Source: a virus
Taxonomy: Duplodnaviria; Heunggongvirae; Uroviricota; Caudoviricetes
Strand: one strand, 5' to 3'
Length of the DNA stretch: 64,000 nt
IMG/VR virus record: IMGVR_UViG_3300013121_000012
Span: 85,427 to 149,426 of that record
Both the position numbers and the translations under genes were made by a program. The notes beneath the pieces were generated by a model. That model had not been told where the DNA came from and did no database searches. It saw nothing but the letters and a program-made list of their open reading frames with translations. Below are positions 24,588 through 33,239 of the stretch, one piece after another (the first letter of the stretch is position 1; the number at the start of each line of letters is the position of its first letter).

Positions 24588-25514
24588 ATGAAAGTAACAG
24601 CACTCGGCGTTCATAGCGCTTTCGCGGTCGGTGAATCAATCGAAGCAACAGGATCAGTAACTGGTCAAACACAAAAACTCTATAAGCCAAAATTCCAATC
24701 AAACTTCCTCCTCGAATTTCAAACAGACGATCCAAAGAAGCCATATCGATTCGTAATCGATTTTGGTTCTGACATCCGTCACTCTCTCATGTATTCAGCT
24801 GGTTTAAAAATGGGAGATATCGATGCATGGTATTGTTCTCATCCTCATGCTGATCACGTCGGCGGAATCGAAGGCATCGCACTCTCAACATTCTTTAATC
24901 CATTCTGGAAAGGAAAGAATGCTTGGTTAGAAGAAGTGACTCCTGGTCAATTGCACGTCATCAACGCATATCTTAAAAAGAAAATGCCTGATAAATACAA
25001 ACCAGAATTGTTCGCACACGAACACGTTCTCGAAGAAATCTGGCAAGCGGCTCGTCCTGGACTTAATACGCTTCAAGGTATGAGAAATGTAAATCTTGCG
25101 ACATACTTTAAAGTTCAATCAATGGACGACGATACCATTAAACGAATCAAAGATGGTGATCGTACGTGGAAATTCTATACAGTAAACAGCACACACGTTA
25201 TTTCTGGAATGGGAAAAATGCCATCGTTCGGTCTTCGCTTCGAATGTTCTGATGGGCAAGTAATATTCTTCCCTACTGACACAATGTACATGATTCCAGA
25301 AGGAATGGAAACGTTGTACAGAACTTCAGATGTCGTTTATCAAGACGCTGAAACAGGACCGAAATCTGGTGTTCATTCACATATCGACGATATTGAAAAA
25401 TCCGACAAAGAAATAAAACGCAAGCTTTATCTCTACCACTACAGCGAAGAACCAAAAGTTGATGAAAGTCAATATCGTGGAATTCTTCGTACTGGCGACG
25501 TTCACAACTACTAA
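24588..25514 (+). CDS. Metallo-beta-lactamase-fold hydrolase, Apyc1-like cyclic-nucleotide phosphodiesterase candidate
   Basis: QSNFLL, IDFGSDIRHSL, SHPHADHVGG, THV, TDT, QDAET..SGVHSH, LYLYHY. Confidence 0.8.
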   Translation: MKVTALGVHSAFAVGESIEATGSVTGQTQKLYKPKFQSNFLLEFQTDDPKKPYRFVIDFGSDIRHSLMYSAGLKMGDIDAWYCSHPHADHVGGIEGIALSTFFNPFWKGKNAWLEEVTPGQLHVINAYLKKKMPDKYKPELFAHEHVLEEIWQAARPGLNTLQGMRNVNLATYFKVQSMDDDTIKRIKDGDRTWKFYTVNSTHVISGMGKMPSFGLRFECSDGQVIFFPTDTMYMIPEGMETLYRTSDVVYQDAETGPKSGVHSHIDDIEKSDKEIKRKLYLYHYSEEPKVDESQYRGILRTGDVHNY

Positions 25515-25515
25515 G

Positions 25516-25776
25516 ATGATTCGCTATCACGATGGAACAGTCTACGTAATCGTAGGCAACCACAAAATTGAATTTTGGTGTGAACGCAAATGGTATAAGG
25601 GTGATTACTACTTAAAGATCCAATTGCGTCCGACATGGACTGCGTGGTTTCAGCAAGGAGTTTTTGGAGTTATTGGATTATCAGAATGGATAATCTGGCA
25701 AATTGGACTATCGTACGAACTGCTAACTCCTCAAAGAATGGAAGAAGTACTTAAGGAAATTAATGATGAAACTTAA
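25516..25776 (+). CDS. Trp-rich hypothetical protein
   Basis: Start moved to ATG 25516 after the MBL stop. Confidence 0.55.
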   Translation: MIRYHDGTVYVIVGNHKIEFWCERKWYKGDYYLKIQLRPTWTAWFQQGVFGVIGLSEWIIWQIGLSYELLTPQRMEEVLKEINDET

Positions 25777-26200
25777 AACAGATGAAATGCTCGACACTGT
25801 TGTCGACAGCGATCCTGTAGGATTACAATACAAAAAAACAATACTCGAATGCATATTTATGATTGCAAGATCTCGCGATGAAAAGGGATTGAAGGCAATT
25901 ATTGATATGCAGTTTCGTCATGCAAATAATGCTCTCGATGGGTATCTTATTCATTTGGGAGTTTTAGAAAAAACGGAAGACAAAATTGTTAATTCTCCAT
26001 CTCATTATACTGCTTCGAAAATCGAAGTCATCGACGTAATAACAGAACTTGGATTATCATTCGACTTCTGTATAGGAAATGCAATCAAATATCTCATGAG
26101 AGCTGGATTAAAAGATCAGAGCAAACTCATTGAAGATGTAAAGAAAGCTCAGTGGTATATTCACCGAGCTGAAAAAGAATATAATGGAGAATTCAAATGA
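25763..26200 (+). CDS. DUF3310 (SaV-like) domain protein
   Basis: VNSPSHY..IEVIDVI..FCIGNAIKYLMRAGLK..EDVKKAQWY. Confidence 0.85.
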   Translation: MMKLKTDEMLDTVVDSDPVGLQYKKTILECIFMIARSRDEKGLKAIIDMQFRHANNALDGYLIHLGVLEKTEDKIVNSPSHYTASKIEVIDVITELGLSFDFCIGNAIKYLMRAGLKDQSKLIEDVKKAQWYIHRAEKEYNGEFK

Positions 26201-26472
26201 ATTTAGAAGCTAATGCGTGGCTCGCTAAAGACGTTAACGAGTTCGTAGAACTTGTAGGAAAAAATCCTTTCTTTGTAAAATTCACAAAGACAGACGGATC
26301 AGTAAGAGATATGGAAGCTCTGTTATTCGATCCTTCGTCGCCCGAAGAACTTGTCGATCTTTCTAAAATAGACAGAGAAAAAGACTATGTTCGAGTATAC
26401 GATACGCAAAACAAAGGATGGAGAACGATAAAAATCACATCCATAATAAAAATTTATTTCATGAAGCATTAA
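26197..26472 (+). CDS. WYL_2/DUF2693 Sm-like SH3 protein
   Basis: VKFTKTDGSVRDM..VYD...GWRTI. Confidence 0.75.
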   Translation: MNLEANAWLAKDVNEFVELVGKNPFFVKFTKTDGSVRDMEALLFDPSSPEELVDLSKIDREKDYVRVYDTQNKGWRTIKITSIIKIYFMKH

Positions 26473-26494
26473 CTTCGGTTATATAATACACTAT

Positions 26495-26737
26495 ATGAAG
26501 AATCCATTTTTCGCAGACATCAAAAGAATTATTGAGGCTGCTCCCGATAAAACTGTTGACATAAGCCACATCGACTCAATCAAAAAGTATGGTTACGAAT
26601 ACAGACGAATGACTCCAGACGGAGTTTACATCTTCAATGAAACAGAAGGCAAAGAAGATTATATCATGTGGTTCAATATGTCGAACGATCTCGTCATGAA
26701 ACTATTTCAATACTACGTTGTAGAAGGAAAGAAATAA
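26495..26737 (+). CDS. Hypothetical protein
   Basis: 80 aa; TATAAT 7 nt upstream. Confidence 0.65.
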   Translation: MKNPFFADIKRIIEAAPDKTVDISHIDSIKKYGYEYRRMTPDGVYIFNETEGKEDYIMWFNMSNDLVMKLFQYYVVEGKK

Positions 26738-26738
26738 A

Positions 26739-26918
26739 ATGGGCAAGAGCAGAAATAGCGAGCACTATGATCACCAAAAAGCTCGCCGTCGTTCCCAAAG
26801 CAAATTCGAAAAACTCGAAGTGCACAGTGGTCTTAGCGAAGACGAAGTCATGGACTTATTAGTCGAAGAAGTAAATACAAGCAGGAACGATAATGAATAC
26901 AAAAAGCAAAAAGCGTAA
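26739..26918 (+). CDS. 59-aa charged protein (not in ORF track)
   Basis: MGKSRNSEHYDHQKARRR..; begins 1 nt after the upstream stop. Confidence 0.5.
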   Translation: MGKSRNSEHYDHQKARRRSQSKFEKLEVHSGLSEDEVMDLLVEEVNTSRNDNEYKKQKA

Positions 26919-27168
26919 CGCTCAGCAAAGAGCAGAAAAGAAACGAGCAGCACGAAAGCTGGAATCTCGCCGCAAACACAATACGCGAGAACAACGCCGC
27001 AAAACAGAAATGGGTGTTATTCGCAAAGCACATCGTGAACTTCAGCAAATGATGAAAGCTCAGATGGAAGCTCGTGCAAAAGAAGCTGCAGCTAAAGAAG
27101 CGGCAGAAAAAGCAGAAGCTCCTGCTGAAAAAGAAGAAACAAAAAATGCCAACGAAGAAGTAAAATAA
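26893..27168 (+). CDS. Highly charged low-complexity protein
   Basis: K/R-rich N-terminal half, A/E/K-rich C-terminal half. Confidence 0.65.
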   Translation: MNTKSKKRNAQQRAEKKRAARKLESRRKHNTREQRRKTEMGVIRKAHRELQQMMKAQMEARAKEAAAKEAAEKAEAPAEKEETKNANEEVK

Positions 27169-27172
27169 CTAT

Positions 27173-27577
27173 ATGTTCTTCATCTTTGGAATTGAAGGCG
27201 GAAACGACAAAGAAGACTCCTCAATGTTACGAGGAGTTTTTTTTGATCAGCCGGAATACACTCCTTCTATAATTATAGACAGAAGTTTTGACGATAGTCT
27301 TGGATTATCGGCTGACCTTAAAAGAACATTCCAAAAAGTGAACGATACATACAACGACTCCGTTACTCTCATTGGACTAGAGAGAATGGACGTCTTAGCA
27401 TTCAGAATGTGGTGGGGACACCAAGGTCAAAATAATTCCGATTTCAAGTTAGAATATAATATATATGATTTGTCGAAACTACTCGGCATGAACGTGAAAA
27501 CAAATGAAAAAACACTTGACAACATTTTCCGAATTGTTAAAGACATGCAAAGAGTCCATAATCTCTTGGCTAAATAA
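27173..27577 (+). CDS. Hypothetical protein
   Basis: 134 aa. Confidence 0.65.
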   Translation: MFFIFGIEGGNDKEDSSMLRGVFFDQPEYTPSIIIDRSFDDSLGLSADLKRTFQKVNDTYNDSVTLIGLERMDVLAFRMWWGHQGQNNSDFKLEYNIYDLSKLLGMNVKTNEKTLDNIFRIVKDMQRVHNLLAK

Positions 27578-27676
27578 AGAGCATGTAACTGTTCTTGATC
27601 GATTTGTCATTTCGCTCGTTGCAATCGCAGCAGCGCTCATCTTCCAAAAACTACTCAAATAACATCTATAATATGT

Positions 27677-28327
27677 ATGGACAAAATTGGACCAGACATA
27701 TCTGACATCGAAAAAACTCATTATAAGAAACGCAAGAAAGGTGTGTCTTCGCACGGCAAAGGAAAAACAGGCGAGAAAACCATCGTAGACATCCTGAAGA
27801 AACATTCTGGACTGTTCTGGATGCGCATACCTAACTCCGGAGCAACGCTTGGACAGAGCAACCGTGACAGAATATTCCAAATGTCAGAGAATCAGATCGA
27901 CGCATTTCTTGGCGACATCTTCCCTCCTTTAGAACTCAAATACAGATGGATCATCGAATCTAAGAACTACGCTACATTCCCATTCAAAAAATTTGACAAC
28001 TTCGTTGCTGGTAAAGATAAGATTCCTGCTCAGTTGGATGGATGGATCGATGAATTCCAATATGACACGGAGACTTATCTCATGTCAAAATATACGCGAG
28101 AACCGTTCTCTTTCCTCTTTATGAAGATCACAGGACATGGTCAATGGATAGTTGGCAATGCAACACATTTCAGTCACATGTATCCTAATATTCAATATCC
28201 GCCGGGGACAAAGACGTTCAACAAGAAACCATTTGATGCTTTAATTCAAAGAGATTATGGAATGACGTGGTTCTTTGCTGACGCAAAAGAATTCGTGGCA
28301 CTAAATGAAAAAATCCTATTCATCTAG
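27677..28327 (+). CDS. Holliday-junction-resolvase-like PD-(D/E)xK nuclease
   Basis: GKGKTGE, RIPNSGA, GDI, IIESKNY. Confidence 0.75.
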   Translation: MDKIGPDISDIEKTHYKKRKKGVSSHGKGKTGEKTIVDILKKHSGLFWMRIPNSGATLGQSNRDRIFQMSENQIDAFLGDIFPPLELKYRWIIESKNYATFPFKKFDNFVAGKDKIPAQLDGWIDEFQYDTETYLMSKYTREPFSFLFMKITGHGQWIVGNATHFSHMYPNIQYPPGTKTFNKKPFDALIQRDYGMTWFFADAKEFVALNEKILFI

Positions 28328-28338
28328 GAATATAAAAT

Positions 28339-28636
28339 GTGAAATTCAAACAAGCATATCTCGAAATAGTAAAAGCCGGAGACGAAGAATTCTCTGGATA
28401 TAATAAACCAAAAAGAACACCTGATCATCCAGAAAAATCTCATGCTGTGTTAGCCAAAGAAGGAGAAAAAAATTAAGCTCATACGATTCGGCCAACAAGG
28501 TGTAAAAGGCGCCGGATCTTCTCCAGATACAAAAAAAGAAAAAGCTCGTCAGAAATCATTCAAAGCACGACACGCAAAGAACATCAAGAAAGGAAAAATG
28601 TCTGCCGCTTATTGGGCAGATAAGGTTAAGTGGTAA
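28339..28636 (+). pseudogene. Conserved small basic phage protein split by a frameshift at an A7 run (28466-28472)
   Basis: Frame 1 VKFKQAYLE..FSGYNKPKRTP.HP.KSHAVLAKEG; removing one A continues KIKLIRFGQQG..KSFKARHAKNI.KGKMSAAYWADKVKW. Confidence 0.8.
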
Positions 28637-28750
28637 TCACTGAATAATAAATCTTACTGGCATGTCATGAATTAACCATATCCAATAAGCGACAATTAAT
28701 CCTACTACTCCAACCCAATAACAAACTTTCCATAAATCTTCTGAATTCAT
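28637..28750 (-). CDS. 37-aa membrane peptide (not in ORF track)
   Basis: MNSEDLWKVCYWVGVVGLIVAYWIWL..; TAATG coupling to the upstream minus-strand gene. Confidence 0.5.
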   Translation of the reverse strand: MNSEDLWKVCYWVGVVGLIVAYWIWLIHDMPVRFIIQ

Positions 28751-28965
28751 TATCTTTCTTGTGGTGGTAAATTTCTTGTTCCGCCGAAATATTTACGTGG
28801 AATACGGTTAACGAATAGCGCAGCAAATTTCTTTTGTTTATCGCCGAGCTGCTTCCAACCTTTTTTACGCGATGCATCTACAAAAGCTTCCCAATCAAAC
28901 CTTTTACCATCGGTTCCAGCTGGAAACAGACTCGCGGTTGTAATTTGATCTTCGTTAGTCGCCAT
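28750..28965 (-). CDS. Hypothetical protein
   Basis: Start at ATG 28965 with AATATA-N4 upstream. Confidence 0.55.
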   Translation of the reverse strand: MATNEDQITTASLFPAGTDGKRFDWEAFVDASRKKGWKQLGDKQKKFAALFVNRIPRKYFGGTRNLPPQER

Positions 28966-28990
28966 AGAATATATTTCAGGAATATAAATC

Positions 28991-29251
28991 ATGATCAAAT
29001 CGTTCAAAGAACATCTATCAATAGTACAAGAAGCTAAAGTCGGTGATATTAGCGATAAAAAAGAAAAAGCAAACTTTAAAAAAGCACAAGATCTATATGA
29101 TCTTAGAAAGTATGATGCAGATAAACTCGAAAGCGCTCTCCAGAAACTTGGATTTAAGGGTGAAAAGCTAAAGCAGATGTTAGATGATGACGCTGTTCTT
29201 CGCGATACCTTAGAAGTTCATTTTATTCTTCCATTCAATTTAGAGGATTAA
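28991..29251 (+). CDS. Putative capsid-internal protein
   Basis: MIKSFKEHL..VQE/AKV resembles the T4 capsid-targeting sequence. Confidence 0.65.
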   Translation: MIKSFKEHLSIVQEAKVGDISDKKEKANFKKAQDLYDLRKYDADKLESALQKLGFKGEKLKQMLDDDAVLRDTLEVHFILPFNLED

Positions 29252-29784
29252 TGATCAAACGAGCTCTTCAACCATATACTGAAGAAAAGTCCAAATGGAT
29301 GCGAGTCATCCAGAACTTTTTTACTGGCGTATCTATGTCTCCTGTAGGAGGAAGTATAGGCGATCTCGTTGCGGCAATCTTATACTTCGTAACTAAAGAT
29401 AGAATACTTGGAATTGCTCAATTAATTTCTGCTCTTCCAGTTGTCGGCGAACCAATTAAGCCACTTATTATTGCCGTCAATAGTGGAACTGATCTACGTA
29501 AATATCCTAAAATAACTTCAAAATTAGCGGCCATGAAACTTAAATTAGATGACCAAGGGCGTCTTCAGCCGGAACAATTAGCACAAGCAATTAAGAAAGC
29601 AATCGATAAATTCAAGGCGAAAGTAGCTTCATGGTTTTCTAAAGAACCTAAAGAGATCGCTAAGGTTGCAGAGCAATATGCCGAAGAGCAAATATATGCT
29701 GAGGGTAAGATTGCCGACAAGATCCTTTCATGGCTTGATGTCAGCGAGGATGAAATCTTGGAAGCAATAAAAAAGGTAAAATGA
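29251..29784 (+). CDS. Hypothetical protein with pre-toxin-TG-like helical hairpin
   Basis: GDLVAAILY..AQLISALPVVG. Confidence 0.55.
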   Translation: MIKRALQPYTEEKSKWMRVIQNFFTGVSMSPVGGSIGDLVAAILYFVTKDRILGIAQLISALPVVGEPIKPLIIAVNSGTDLRKYPKITSKLAAMKLKLDDQGRLQPEQLAQAIKKAIDKFKAKVASWFSKEPKEIAKVAEQYAEEQIYAEGKIADKILSWLDVSEDEILEAIKKVK

Positions 29785-30442
29785 TATATCGTTTATTAGA
29801 AATGGCCATGGCTCGTGATGTCGATAAATCAAAAATTTATTATCATGGCACGAGCTCTGAAAATGGTGAAAAAATTCTTAAAGAAGGAATTAAAAGCCCC
29901 GAAATAATTCATAGGGCGCGCCTTACCCCAATTAAAGGAAAACAATATATTACAACAAGTTTAAGATATGCAATCATATATGCAATCGGCGGAGATATGA
30001 TTGGTGATGATTATTTATATAAAAACATCCGAATGGAGTAGGATATGTATTCGAAATTTCCGGAAAATCTCTAAAAGATATTCAGCCGGACGAAGATTCT
30101 ATCGGTGAAATTCTTTATAATGAGCTTAAAAAAGATTCAGAAGAAAGAAACGAAAAACTTGTATGGCTAACTCATTTATATTCTTATAATGCTACAGCAG
30201 GGCAAAAAAGAAGATTTATGAATGGTGACTATGACGCCCGGGCGGAAGTTGGAAAAAAATTAGTTAAAAAAATGACTGATGAACAGAAACTTTATTTGAT
30301 TGATTTAGGAGCTCATATAGCACATGAAGGAGATGGCAATCTTATGCCTGATAAAGCATACAAAATCGAATTCAAAAATATAAAAAATCTAAACGACGAT
30401 GGATCGAATTTTTTTGATTATGCGAAAGAGGTAAAGCAATGA
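29781..30442 (+). pseudogene. HGT-motif (ART-like) protein split by a -1 frameshift at an A5 run (30021-30025)
   Basis: YYHGTS..ILKEGI..YITTSLRYA..YA. The downstream frame is open from 30023 to 30442 (HPNGVGYVFEI..) and has a stop at 30020, so the junction must lie in the A run. Confidence 0.7.
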
Positions 30443-30714
30443 ATGAGAAATATACATTATATTTAGAATCAGCTCAAGAATTAATCAACGAAGGCAAAAA
30501 GAGAAAATCTGATTTTGAGATCATGGGCGAAAAAGAAATACAGCGTGCCTTTGATAAAATCATGGATGACGTTGATCCAGTTTTTGATAATGGCGAGCTT
30601 ACTAAAGAAGTGGAACAAGCAATAGAAGATATGGATCTGCATCCAAAGATCGAAGAAAAACTTAGAGCAAAGTTAATTGACTACGGTAAGAATTACTTTC
30701 CGAAAGATGAATAG
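30439..30714 (+). CDS. Putative capsid-internal acidic protein
   Basis: YTLYLE..LINE/GKK propeptide-like N-terminus. Confidence 0.6.
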   Translation: MNEKYTLYLESAQELINEGKKRKSDFEIMGEKEIQRAFDKIMDDVDPVFDNGELTKEVEQAIEDMDLHPKIEEKLRAKLIDYGKNYFPKDE

Positions 30715-31201
30715 CAATACAATGGATAAATACTTAGAAGACATCCAGAATCTAATTTTTGAATCAGATAGAAATAAAATTGAACTTGTAAAGTTTGATA
30801 CTCTTTATCATGGTACTACGCTTTCTAAAGCAAACAAAATAATCGAATCCGGTTTTGATATTAAAAAATCTGGTGAAAAAACGGGAAGCGCTTCGCACAA
30901 CAAAGGAATTTCTTTCACTTATTTGAAATCTGAAGCGAAAGATCATGCAAAATGGGCTTCTAAAAAATTCAAAGATTCTCCAGCAATAATCAACATTGAT
31001 TCAAAAAACCTAAAAATTCTTTCTGGTGCAGCATTCAATGCATTAGCAAAAACAACGAAAGAGTGTATAGAAAAATCTTATCAAATGTTCAAAAGTGGTG
31101 CTATCGATGCTGTGTCTTTTTGTGATCAAGAGTCAGGAGACGGATGCGAAGAAATGGAAGTGCTAGTATTTTCTTTGGATAAACTTCATCCGACTTTATA
31201 A
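30707..31201 (+). CDS. PARP-like ADP-ribosyltransferase-fold protein
   Basis: LYHGTT..IIESGF..GISFT..A..HA..EMEVLVF. Confidence 0.65.
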   Translation: MNSNTMDKYLEDIQNLIFESDRNKIELVKFDTLYHGTTLSKANKIIESGFDIKKSGEKTGSASHNKGISFTYLKSEAKDHAKWASKKFKDSPAIINIDSKNLKILSGAAFNALAKTTKECIEKSYQMFKSGAIDAVSFCDQESGDGCEEMEVLVFSLDKLHPTL

Positions 31202-31680
31202 ATGTCTTTTCTTTGACGTTGCAACTCATTTGCGATCTGTTCTCTTACCCATAGTGGTCTATACTTAATATCTCTTTCCCATATTCTGATCAATGGGAAT
31301 CCAATAGCTTTCGCAATCCTATCCTTCAATCTGTCATTTCGAACATTACGTTTTTGCATTGATGAAAGTCTGCTATAAGCGACTTTCCCTTCATGGTAAT
31401 CCATCGAGTGAAAGTAGCCACCATCACATTCGATTAGAAAACAATATTCTCCAGGTTTCTGAACTAAGTAATCATACACACGATACCATTTTTGATGGTT
31501 GACTCCAAATTCCTTTTTAAACTCAACACCTAAATCTAGTAACATATGACGGACCGCAGCTTCAGGTTTTGTTTCTACCTGGACTTTCTTTCCAGTCTTA
31601 GGATCAATACGCTTGTAACGATCAAGTACTCGTATTCGTTTCTTTGGTCGTCTTCTTATCTTTCGTCTTTTAGTTAACAT
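31186..31680 (-). CDS. DUF559/Vsr-like endonuclease
   Basis: IECDGGYFH..DRLKD..GFPLIRIWE. Confidence 0.8.
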   Translation of the reverse strand: MLTKRRKIRRRPKKRIRVLDRYKRIDPKTGKKVQVETKPEAAVRHMLLDLGVEFKKEFGVNHQKWYRVYDYLVQKPGEYCFLIECDGGYFHSMDYHEGKVAYSRLSSMQKRNVRNDRLKDRIAKAIGFPLIRIWERDIKYRPLWVREQIANELQRQRKDIYKVG

Positions 31681-31719
31681 AAGTCTATTTGTGCTCTTAG
31701 AATATATTATATAATAAAT

Positions 31720-32583
31720 ATGTATATCTCTTCGATACCACAGTATGACGATTGTTATGAAGATGAATCAAAAGGAGTGATTTATTTGATCAAAAATCAA
31801 ATTAACGGTAAATGTTATGTAGGCCAGACATCTAATCCTTTTAGAGAAAGGATATATGGTCATCTTCGACCGAGTAAAAAACAAATGCAATCAATTCATC
31901 TTGCTATACAAAAACACGGAAAAGAGAATTTCATATTTGGAATACTTGAGTATATTTACGATGGAATTAATATCGACGATAGAGAAAAATTTTGGATTAA
32001 TCATTTTGACTCTTTAAAAAACGGATATAATGAAACACTCGGCGGCAAAGGAATTGAATTAAGCAAAGAAAAAATAACACAAAGAAACGAAAATCTAAAA
32101 AAAGCATATAAAAAAAATCCCGAATATTCTCGTAATATATCTGAAAAAGCTAAGCAGCGTTGGGCAAATCCTGAATTTAAGAAATTCGTAATAGAAAAAA
32201 TAAAACTTTCTATGACTGATGAAGTCAAAAAGAAAATAAGTGAAAAAAATACCGGGAAAAAACACTCAGATGAATCAAAAAGAAATATCTCTGAAGCACA
32301 AATTGGAAAAAAGCTATCGCAAGAACATAAAGCAAAGATTGGAGCAAAAAGTCTAGGAAAATCTCCAACAAATAAAGGTATTGCGCATTCCAAAGAAATT
32401 ATTGAATTAATGTCAAAACTACTAAAAGAGCGATGGAAAACTGCGGAATATCGAAACAAATTTATTGGAAGAATTCCCGTCAATAAAGGGAAAAAATCTT
32501 CGGATGAGACGAAAGAAAAACTAAAATTGGCTTGGAAAAAAAGAAAACTTCGTCAATTGGAGAATACTATTGGCACCTCTTAA
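31720..32583 (+). mobile_element. GIY-YIG homing endonuclease with NUMOD3-like repeats
   Basis: GVIYLIKNQINGKCYVGQT, GYN.T.GG, repeated HS.E.K.KIS.A..GK. Confidence 0.9.
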
Positions 32584-33238
32584 GATTGGCAGTCTGTATT
32601 CACTTTTATATTCGGAATGGAAGACAAATCCAACAAGAATTTATTGCTTCGTATTATATGACGGGCTGAGTTATATGCACTGCTTGCAAATCGGAGCCAG
32701 ACAACTATCTCAGCTTAATCGTATGAAACTCATACGTATCATATCACAGTTGTCTAAGCTTCCTATGGCCACGAAATGGAATGGCAGACAACTATATGCG
32801 ATATTCAAGCGTTATGCGCCGGATGCGGTTAGGCAATGTTATCGAAAATTTATCAAAATACACATTACTACTTCAACACTTGTCAACTATGGACTAAATA
32901 AGAAAGAAGAATTTTTAGACATAGAATTGAAATATGTTGACAAGAATCTCTTTAATCAAGCTAAGAAAGACATTATCGTAAACACACTAGCGCTGTTCAA
33001 TAAAAAGGGAGTGCAATTATCTTCAATTAAAGATTCATTTGCTAAACCAACTCCAACAGTAACGGCGCCTACGATAGCAACGAAGGTAGGAAATGAAAGC
33101 GCTCCGAATGAAAATACGAATCCTCAAACTAATGAAACTAATTCTCCAACGAATACAGGTGAAGGTGAACAAGGCTCTGGCGAAAGCGGAGGATCAAGAG
33201 TTGGAGGAACTTCTTCGTCAATAGATATTGAGAACTAA
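32570..33238 (+). CDS. Hypothetical protein, possibly distant DNA end-protector (gp2)-like; low-complexity tail
   Basis: GSLYSLLY..WK..P pattern; the family assignment is tentative. Confidence 0.5.
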   Translation: MAPLKIGSLYSLLYSEWKTNPTRIYCFVLYDGLSYMHCLQIGARQLSQLNRMKLIRIISQLSKLPMATKWNGRQLYAIFKRYAPDAVRQCYRKFIKIHITTSTLVNYGLNKKEEFLDIELKYVDKNLFNQAKKDIIVNTLALFNKKGVQLSSIKDSFAKPTPTVTAPTIATKVGNESAPNENTNPQTNETNSPTNTGEGEQGSGESGGSRVGGTSSSIDIEN

Positions 33239-33239
33239 C

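Noticed and set aside
30021-30041. Stop-codon recoding (TAG) as the explanation for the split ART-like gene
   Set aside because: The continuation is in a different frame, other genes end normally at TAG, TGA and TAA, and no suppressor tRNA is present in the window.
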